From Vicinamibacteria bacterium (lineage in GTDB: Bacteria; Acidobacteriota; Vicinamibacteria; Marinacidobacterales; Marinacidobacteraceae), in contig OZ219816.1 of assembly GCA_964291235.2 (NCBI GenBank), forward strand, positions 1,856,001 through 1,920,000: a DNA stretch of 64,000 nucleotides, written 5' to 3'. Positions 57,449 to 64,000 of this stretch are shown here, piece after piece. Each line of letters opens with the position of its first letter. The first letter of the stretch is position 1. Under the pieces are notes generated by a model. That model saw only the letters and a list, made by a program, of their open reading frames with translations. It searched no databases and was not told where the DNA came from. The position numbers and the translations under genes are program-made.

Positions 57449-57582
57449 GCCGCCATGCTAGCCCGGACCCGGGACCCCGAGCGGGTGCCGGGGGCAATCC
57501 CGGTTCCGGCCGCGAGCGCGGCCGGCGCTCCCCGTTCCCGGCGGCCTGTCGCCCGGCGCGCCGGCCGGTTCCGGCCGCGCCG

Positions 57583-59859
57583 TCAGGACTGGGCGAACAG
57601 ATCCGGCGGCCCCGCCGTCTCCTGCGACTCGACCACTGCGATGGCGACCACGTTGACGATCTCTTCCACTTCGGCGCCGCGCTGCAGGACGTGCACCGGA
57701 CGGCGGAGACCGGTCACGATGGGGCCGATCGCCTCCGCGCCCCCGAGGCGCTGGAGCAGCTTGTAGGCCACGTTCCCGGCTTCCAGGCTGGGGAAGATCA
57801 ACACGTTGGCGGCCCGATCGAGGCGCGAGAACGGATAGGTACCGCGGAGCAGGTCGTCCACCACCGCGGTGTCGGCCTGCATCTCCCCGTCGGCAACCAG
57901 ATCCGGCGCCCGCTCGCGCAGGATCTCGACCGCCTCGCGCACCTTGTTCGAACGCTCGTGGGGAGCGCTTCCAAAGTTGGAGAAGGAGAGCATCGCCACC
58001 CGTGGCTCCACGTCGAAGCGCTTTGCCACTTCGGCAGTCTGGATCGCGATGTCGGCGAGATCCTCGGCGCTGGGATCGATGTTCACCGTCGCGTCCGCGA
58101 AGAACTTGATCTCGTTGGGGAAGACCATCAGGTACACCCCGGCGACCCGCCGGACGTCGTCGCGCATCCGGACGATCTGGAGCGCCGGACGGATGGTCTC
58201 GGGATAGTGCTGGGTGACGCCCGCCACCATCGTGTCGGCGTGCCCGAGGTTCACCATCATGGCTCCGTACACGGTCGGGTTCTTGATGAGCTCGCGCGCC
58301 TTGGCGGGCCCGACCCCGCGCCGCTGACGGATCTCCACCAGGCGCCGGGCATATTCCTCGCAACGCTCGGGGTCGGTGACATCCACCACCCGGGCGCCTT
58401 CGACATCGATGCCGAGGGTCTCGCAGGCATCCCGGATGACCTGCGGGCGTCCGAGCAGGATGGGCTCGGCGATTCCCTCATCGAGCAGCCGCTGGGCAGC
58501 CCGCAGAATCTTCGGCTCCTCGCCTTCGGGGAACGCGACGGACCGGGTGACCCGCTTGGCGCGGCCGATCACCTGGCGCATGACTTCGCGCTCGAGACCG
58601 AGGCGGGATTCGAGCCGGGCGCCGTACTGCTCCAGGTCGATCTGGATGCGGGCGACGCCGCTTTTCATCGCGGCCTCGGCGACCGCGGGGGCCTCCCAGA
58701 GAAGCACCCGGGAGTCGAACGGCGAGGGAATGAGGTACTCCGGGCCGAAGGACATCCGCTCCTTGCCGTGCGCGCGCATCACGGAATCGGGAACGTCCTC
58801 CTTGGTGAGTTCCGCCAGGGCCCTTGCGGCCGCCAGCTTCATCTCCATGTTGATGGTGCGGGCCCGCACGTCGAGTGCGCCCCGGAAGATGAATGGGAAC
58901 CCGAGGACATTGTTGACCTGGTTCGGATAATCCGAGCGCCCGGTGGCCATGAAGACGTCGCTGCGAGCGTCCATGGCGTCTTCCCAGGTGATTTCCGGGT
59001 CCGGATTGGCCATCGCCAGCACGAGCGGCTGGTCGTGCATGGAGACGAGCATTTCCTTCGAGACCGCGTCCTTGACCGAAAGGCCCATGAACACGTCGGC
59101 GCCGCGCATGGCATCGGCGAGGGATCGCATGGAGGTGTCGAGGGCGTAGCGCTCCTTGAACTCGTTCATCCCCGCCTCACGGCCCGCGTGGATGACTCCG
59201 CGAGAGTCGCACATCACCACGTTCTCGTGGAGCACACCCAGGCTCTCCGCGAGTTCGGCGCAGGCAATCCCCGCCGCCCCGGCGCCGTTGATGACCAGTC
59301 GCACCTCGGCGGGGTCCTTGCCGGTGAGTTCGAGCCAGCTCAGGAAGGCGGCCCCGGAGATGATCGCGGTGCCATGCTGGTCGTCGTGGAAGACGGGAAT
59401 GTCCATCTGCTCCCGGAGCTGGGACTCGATGTAGAAGCAGTCCGGCGCCTTGATGTCCTCGAGGTTGATTCCGCCGAAGGTCGGTTCGAGGGCCTTCACC
59501 ACCCGGACCACTTCCTCCGGGTCGGTGACGTTCAGCTCGATGTCGAAGACGTCGATGTCGGCGAAGCGCTTGAAGAGCACGCCCTTGCCTTCCATGACCG
59601 GCTTGGCGGCCAGCGGCCCGATGTTGCCGAGGCCGAGCACGGCGGTCCCGTTCGAGACCACGGCGACCAGGTTGCCGCGCGCGGTGTAGTCGAACACCCG
59701 CTCGGGAGCCTTGTGGATTTCGCGGCAGGGCTCGGCGACGCCCGGGCTGTAGGCAAGCGACAGATCCCGCTGGGTCTGGGTGGGTTTCGTGGGCCGAACC
59801 TCGATCTTTCCGGCCCGGCCGGTCATGTGGTAGTCGAGGGCATCCTGTCTGCGAATCAA
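57583..59859 (-). CDS. maeB: NADP-dependent malic enzyme with phosphotransacetylase-like domain
   Basis: [44 protein letters not shown]; TTG 59859 after AGGAG. Confidence 0.95.
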   Translation of the reverse strand: MIRRQDALDYHMTGRAGKIEVRPTKPTQTQRDLSLAYSPGVAEPCREIHKAPERVFDYTARGNLVAVVSNGTAVLGLGNIGPLAAKPVMEGKGVLFKRFADIDVFDIELNVTDPEEVVRVVKALEPTFGGINLEDIKAPDCFYIESQLREQMDIPVFHDDQHGTAIISGAAFLSWLELTGKDPAEVRLVINGAGAAGIACAELAESLGVLHENVVMCDSRGVIHAGREAGMNEFKERYALDTSMRSLADAMRGADVFMGLSVKDAVSKEMLVSMHDQPLVLAMANPDPEITWEDAMDARSDVFMATGRSDYPNQVNNVLGFPFIFRGALDVRARTINMEMKLAAARALAELTKEDVPDSVMRAHGKERMSFGPEYLIPSPFDSRVLLWEAPAVAEAAMKSGVARIQIDLEQYGARLESRLGLEREVMRQVIGRAKRVTRSVAFPEGEEPKILRAAQRLLDEGIAEPILLGRPQVIRDACETLGIDVEGARVVDVTDPERCEEYARRLVEIRQRRGVGPAKARELIKNPTVYGAMMVNLGHADTMVAGVTQHYPETIRPALQIVRMRDDVRRVAGVYLMVFPNEIKFFADATVNIDPSAEDLADIAIQTAEVAKRFDVEPRVAMLSFSNFGSAPHERSNKVREAVEILRERAPDLVADGEMQADTAVVDDLLRGTYPFSRLDRAANVLIFPSLEAGNVAYKLLQRLGGAEAIGPIVTGLRRPVHVLQRGAEVEEIVNVVAIAVVESQETAGPPDLFAQS

Positions 59860-60067
59860 GGGACTCTCCTCACAAGGGTGAGATGCGCGGGCTCGGCCGC
59901 TGGAGTGCTGGCGGAGCGTGGCCGCGGGTGACTCAGGGTCCCGCCCATTCGGGACCGGAAGGCGCGAAGTGTAACGGTCCGGCACCCGTTTGAAGGACCG
60001 GCGTCGGGGCCTCCGGAGATTCCCGGATCCGGAAGGCCCTTGCCGCGGGGCCTACGGGCCAGCCCCG

Positions 60068-60098
60068 GGAGCGCCGGCCTCCAGGCCGGCATCGCTCC
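60068..60098 (+). repeat. REP unit
   Basis: GGAGCGCCGGCCTCCAGGCCGGCATCGCTCC. Confidence 0.8.
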
Positions 60099-60113
60099 CC
60101 AATTCGACGACGG

Positions 60114-62216
60114 TCAGCGGCTGTTCGCCGCGTCGTCGGTCTCTTCTTCGGGCGTGTGCGCCCGGAACCAGGTCAGGATGCGCTCGGAGACATCCATCAG
60201 GAACTTCGGCTCCCTGGGGCCGTGCGGAGTTCTCGGGTACACGACCATCTCGGTGGGTACCCCCCGGCGGTCGAGCGCCCGGTAGAACTCCTGTCCCTGG
60301 GTGAACGGAACCCGCAGATCCTGGGCGCCGTGGATCACCTGGGTCGGAGTGGTTACCTCGGCGATCCGGTAGATGGCCGAGTGGGCTTCGTATACCTCGT
60401 AGTCCTCCCAGAAATCCCCTCCCATGTGGCCCGCCAGATAGTCCTGGATGTCGGTGGTGGTGACCATGCTGATCAGATTCGGAAGCCCCGCGCCCATGCT
60501 GGCCGCCACGAAGCGGTCGGTCCGGGTAACGGCGAAAGAGGTCATGTAGCCGCCGTAACTCCATCCCATGATGTAGAGCCGGCTGGGCTCGGCCACTCCC
60601 TGCTCGATCACCAGGTCCACCCCCGCCATCAGGTCGTCCATGTCTCCGAAACCCCAGTCCTTGAAGTTCGCGTAGCGGAACTCCTTGCCGTAGCCCGTGG
60701 AGCCGCGGGGGTTCGGACGCAGGATGGCGAACCCTTCCTGGGCGAAATACTGGAGCATGTAAATGGAGGGTGACCCGGTGAAAGTCTCCGAGTAGACCCC
60801 GGCAGGACCGCCATGGACGTTCAGCACCAGCGGGTAGCGGCGTCCTTCCTCATAGTCCACCGGGAGCGTCAGGAGGCCCTCCACCGGGGTGCCGTCGGGT
60901 GAAGTCCAGGTGAGCACGCTGGTCTTACCCATCGCGGGACGGGCCACGTCCCGGTGCAGATCGGTCAGTTGCCGCGGCTCGAAATTCGCGGCCGCCCCGC
61001 CTCCGGTCCCGAGATCGGCGGCGAAGACATCCCACGGCGTATCCGGCGTCTCGTGGGTAAAAGCCATCACGTCGGCGGCCGTCGCGATTGCGGGAGAGCG
61101 GAAGACGCCCTCACCCGGAGTCATTTCCACCAGGTCTCCGCCGTCCGCCGGCAGCCCGAACAGACGCCGCGAGGTCCGGTCGGCCTCGGTCACGTAAACC
61201 AGCGAGCCGTCCCGGGACCAGCCGAGGATCCCCGGGCTGCGGTCCTTCGTTTCCGCGAGCCGCACCCGTTCGCCGCCCATGACGGGCATCACGTAGATGT
61301 CCCCGAGCCCGATCGGCTCGGGCTGGTCACCGGTCGAGCGGAAGGCGACGGTCTGGCCGTCGGGGGAGACCCGGGGACTGCTCTCGATTCCGTCGCCGGC
61401 GTGGAGCACATCCACGCGGCCGTCTCCCAGGTGAACGACCGACAGATCCCCGGAGCGGCGATTCGTGTTGATCCGAGGGTCGTCCTGATGGCTGAAGACG
61501 ATCCGGTCGCTGCTCGACCAGTCCCAGCCCGAGACGTGGAAATCACCCCAGGTGAGGCGGCGATCCTCGCCGTCCGGGTCGTAGCCGTCCGTCACCAGAG
61601 CGACGTAGAGGTGGCCGTACTTGAAGTTCCGGTCCACCAGTTCGACGTCCCGCTTTTCCTTCTTGCGGGTCTTTTCCTCTTCGGTCTCGGGATCGCTCAT
61701 CAGGTAACCGAGGCTGCGGGCGTCCGGCGAGAACCGGAAAGCGCGCGCACCGTTCTCCGCGTGGGTGAGCTGGAAGGCCTCGCCGCCGGCGAGCGGCAGG
61801 GCCCATACCTGCTGCTTTTCCGTCCCTTCCCTGAGAAAGCCGAGATAGCGGCCGTCCGGGGAGAAAGCGGGAGAGGTCGCCGAGTTCTCGCCGGTGGTGA
61901 ACGCGACCGCGTCGCCGCCGCTCGCCGGGACGACGTGGATCTGGGTCCGGTATTCGGACTTCTCGCCCTCCATGAGCGGCACCGTGACCGTGAAGGCCAC
62001 GAGCGAACCATCGGACGAAACCGCCACCGAGGAAACCCGGTGGTACTTCATGGAGAGCGCCGGGGTCCAGCGATCGTCCTCGGCGGACGCCGCGGAGGCG
62101 GCGCAGAACACCGCCAGGATTCCGGCAAGAACGGCAGAAACGGTTGAGCGAGCGAGCACGGCGGGCCTCCTCGGCGGCCGGGAAACGCCTCGGCTGCCAA
62201 CGCCGAAGTATCCCAC
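60114..62216 (-). CDS. S9 family peptidase, secreted
   Basis: Signal peptide, SPDG repeats, VHGGP, NPRGSTGYG, GWSYGG, DLRVP, PHG; start uncertain. Confidence 0.93.
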   Translation of the reverse strand: MGYFGVGSRGVSRPPRRPAVLARSTVSAVLAGILAVFCAASAASAEDDRWTPALSMKYHRVSSVAVSSDGSLVAFTVTVPLMEGEKSEYRTQIHVVPASGGDAVAFTTGENSATSPAFSPDGRYLGFLREGTEKQQVWALPLAGGEAFQLTHAENGARAFRFSPDARSLGYLMSDPETEEEKTRKKEKRDVELVDRNFKYGHLYVALVTDGYDPDGEDRRLTWGDFHVSGWDWSSSDRIVFSHQDDPRINTNRRSGDLSVVHLGDGRVDVLHAGDGIESSPRVSPDGQTVAFRSTGDQPEPIGLGDIYVMPVMGGERVRLAETKDRSPGILGWSRDGSLVYVTEADRTSRRLFGLPADGGDLVEMTPGEGVFRSPAIATAADVMAFTHETPDTPWDVFAADLGTGGGAAANFEPRQLTDLHRDVARPAMGKTSVLTWTSPDGTPVEGLLTLPVDYEEGRRYPLVLNVHGGPAGVYSETFTGSPSIYMLQYFAQEGFAILRPNPRGSTGYGKEFRYANFKDWGFGDMDDLMAGVDLVIEQGVAEPSRLYIMGWSYGGYMTSFAVTRTDRFVAASMGAGLPNLISMVTTTDIQDYLAGHMGGDFWEDYEVYEAHSAIYRIAEVTTPTQVIHGAQDLRVPFTQGQEFYRALDRRGVPTEMVVYPRTPHGPREPKFLMDVSERILTWFRAHTPEEETDDAANSR

Positions 62217-62416
62217 CCGCCGTCAGCGCGGCGCGACTCCAAGCCTTTGGCGCCAGCAACGGAGCGAAGCGGGCGCCACCGGGTTCCTTCAAGGCATCGC
62301 CGTAACCGTTCGTAGCGGTGGCCGCGTCGGGCAACGGCAAGGATCAGAATCAGCAACCGACTCTGTACGCTGTCTCAAATGAACCCTTGGGGCCTCGCTT
62401 GCGTAGTCTTCGCGCG

Positions 62417-63580
62417 ATGACTGCGGTAAAGGTGCGGACCGGCCTGGACCGGCTCCCGGAAATGGGGGAGTTGCTGCGAGGACTCCGGGTCGGGCTGATC
62501 GCGAACCCGTCCTCGGTGGACTCTTCCTTCCGCCACGCACGAGAGGTGGTGGCCGGGCTGCCGGGGGTGACGCTGGCGGCGCTCTTCGCCCCCGAGCACG
62601 GCTTCGACGCCGTCGAGCAGGACCTGATCGAGATCGCCGACGCGGACGGAAAGGTCCCGGTCCACAGCCTCTACGGCCCGACGCGGCGACCGACCTCCGC
62701 CATGCTGGAAGGGCTGGACGCGCTGGTCTTCGACATTCAGGACATCGGTTCGCGCTACTACACCTACGTCTGGACGATGGCCCACGCGATGGAGGCCGCC
62801 GCCGAACACAAAAAGCGCATCGTCGTCCTCGACCGCCCCAACCCCATCGGGGGCGCCGTCGAGGGCAACCTGATCCGGGACGACCACCGATCCTTCGTGG
62901 GGCTCTATTCGCTCCCGAATCGCCACGGGATGACCGCCGGCGAGATCGCGGGGCTGTTGAACCGGCACCACGGGATCGGGGCCGACCTGGTGATCGTGGG
63001 CTGCGACGGCTGGCGGCGCGACCAGTGGCTCGATGCGACCGGAATTGCCTTCATCCCACCCTCACCCAACATGCCGACCCTCGATACCGCCGCCGTCTAT
63101 CCCGGGGCCTGCCTGATCGAGGGAACGAACCTTTCCGAAGGCCGGGGAACCACCCGGCCGTTCGAACTCTGCGGGGCGCCCTGGGTGGATGGACCGCGCC
63201 TCGCGGAAGCGCTGGCCGAAGAGGAACTCCCCGGGGTCCACTTCCGCCCGGTGCGTTTTCGGCCCACCTTCCATAAATTTGCGAACGAGGAGTGCGGCGG
63301 GGTGATGCAGCACGTCACCGACCGGGACGCCTACCTGCCCTGGCGCACCGGCATCGCCGTCCTGAACCAAACTCGGCGTCTCTGGCCGGCCGACTTCGCC
63401 TGGCGACAGCCTCCCTACGAATACGAGTTGGAGCGCCTGCCGATCGACATCCTGGGTGGAAATCCGGGCATCCGGGAGGGCATCGAGGCGGGACGCGCCA
63501 CGGCCGAGATCGCGGGCGCCGGGAACGCCGAGGGAGACGGCTTTCGCCCGATCCGCGAAGCGTTCCTGCTCTACCGCTGA
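62417..63580 (+). CDS. namZ: exo-beta-N-acetylmuramidase NamZ family (DUF1343)
   Basis: FAPEHG, SLYG, FDIQDIGSRYYTY, DRPNP, RHGMTAGE, SPNMP, SEGRGTTRPFE; ATG 62417. Confidence 0.9.
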   Translation: MTAVKVRTGLDRLPEMGELLRGLRVGLIANPSSVDSSFRHAREVVAGLPGVTLAALFAPEHGFDAVEQDLIEIADADGKVPVHSLYGPTRRPTSAMLEGLDALVFDIQDIGSRYYTYVWTMAHAMEAAAEHKKRIVVLDRPNPIGGAVEGNLIRDDHRSFVGLYSLPNRHGMTAGEIAGLLNRHHGIGADLVIVGCDGWRRDQWLDATGIAFIPPSPNMPTLDTAAVYPGACLIEGTNLSEGRGTTRPFELCGAPWVDGPRLAEALAEEELPGVHFRPVRFRPTFHKFANEECGGVMQHVTDRDAYLPWRTGIAVLNQTRRLWPADFAWRQPPYEYELERLPIDILGGNPGIREGIEAGRATAEIAGAGNAEGDGFRPIREAFLLYR

Positions 63581-63610
63581 GGGCGACGGTCCCGGCCTGC
63601 CGGGCGCGCC

Positions 63611-64000
63611 TCAGCCCCCGACTCCGCGCCCCGTGGCCAGGTAGGTGGCGAAGCTGCCGAGCCAATGGCTGCCGACGTAGTTGGTCGGATCCACCCCGGC
63701 GAAACCCGCCTCCGCGTTCCGCGCGGCGAGCGCGGCCATCGCTCCTCTCCGGCCGTCACCTTCGGGGAGGGCGCTCACGATGCCCTGGAGCATCCAAGCG
63801 CGGCTCAGGTGCAGGCCGTGGAGGTGCCCGAACGCGTCCTCCTCGTCCTGCGGCACCCGCACGGGCTCGAGGTTCGGCGGCAGCGGGCCGGGCAGGAAGG
63901 CGTCCAGCCAAGCCGCGAATTCGTCCGCCGGCAACACCCGGCGCATGAAGTCGGCCTCCGCGACGCACGGCGAAAGGAAGTCCTGCCCTGACGGTTCGTA
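63611..64000 (-). CDS. DUF2891 family protein, 5'-partial
   Basis: YEPSGQDFLSP, HLHGLHLSRAW, YVGSHWLGSFA. Confidence 0.8.
   Translation of the reverse strand, partial: YEPSGQDFLSPCVAEADFMRRVLPADEFAAWLDAFLPGPLPPNLEPVRVPQDEEDAFGHLHGLHLSRAWMLQGIVSALPEGDGRRGAMAALAARNAEAGFAGVDPTNYVGSHWLGSFATYLATGRGVGG

Noticed and set aside
57449-57582. REP copy or ncRNA upstream of the cytochrome
   Set aside because: Only a 12-nt match (GGCCGGCGCTCC) in extremely GC-rich DNA; not distinguishable from chance
1-64000. tRNA, rRNA, transposase, integrase, prophage or defence genes; specific promoters
   Set aside because: None recognisable by eye; promoter-like hexamers were too weak to report

Overview
GC-rich, densely coded bacterial window; the gene repertoire is compatible with a marine, possibly host-associated Acidobacteriota-like heterotroph (inference only). 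Left to right: partial ERG4/ERG24-type sterol reductase; AroM / S9 peptidase / OPT / polar amino-acid ABC cluster; TSP3-repeat hydrolase lipoprotein; D-carbamoylase and hydantoinase split by an antisense arylsulfatase; an amidohydrolase / 35-aa peptide / PutP-like operon; djlA; K+-dependent membrane pyrophosphatase and three secondary transporters (NSS, AGCS, SLC12-like); an envelope operon (HExxH-less M48 homologue, S2P-CBS, VKOR-DsbA); a truncated nuoABCDHIJKN operon followed by a ferredoxin; cusCBA with a Cys/Pro-rich leader ORF; an octaheme HAO-like cytochrome coupled to an unknown four-His duplicated membrane protein; maeB; a second S9 peptidase; namZ; partial DUF2891. Two non-coding repeat families are visible: GGAG-headed REP-like double hairpins (including a 113-bp tandem array) and a ~185-220-bp MITE, one copy of which sits in frame inside a lipoprotein signal peptide. 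No tRNA, rRNA, CRISPR array or transposase was seen. All calls are by eye from motifs; no database search was run.
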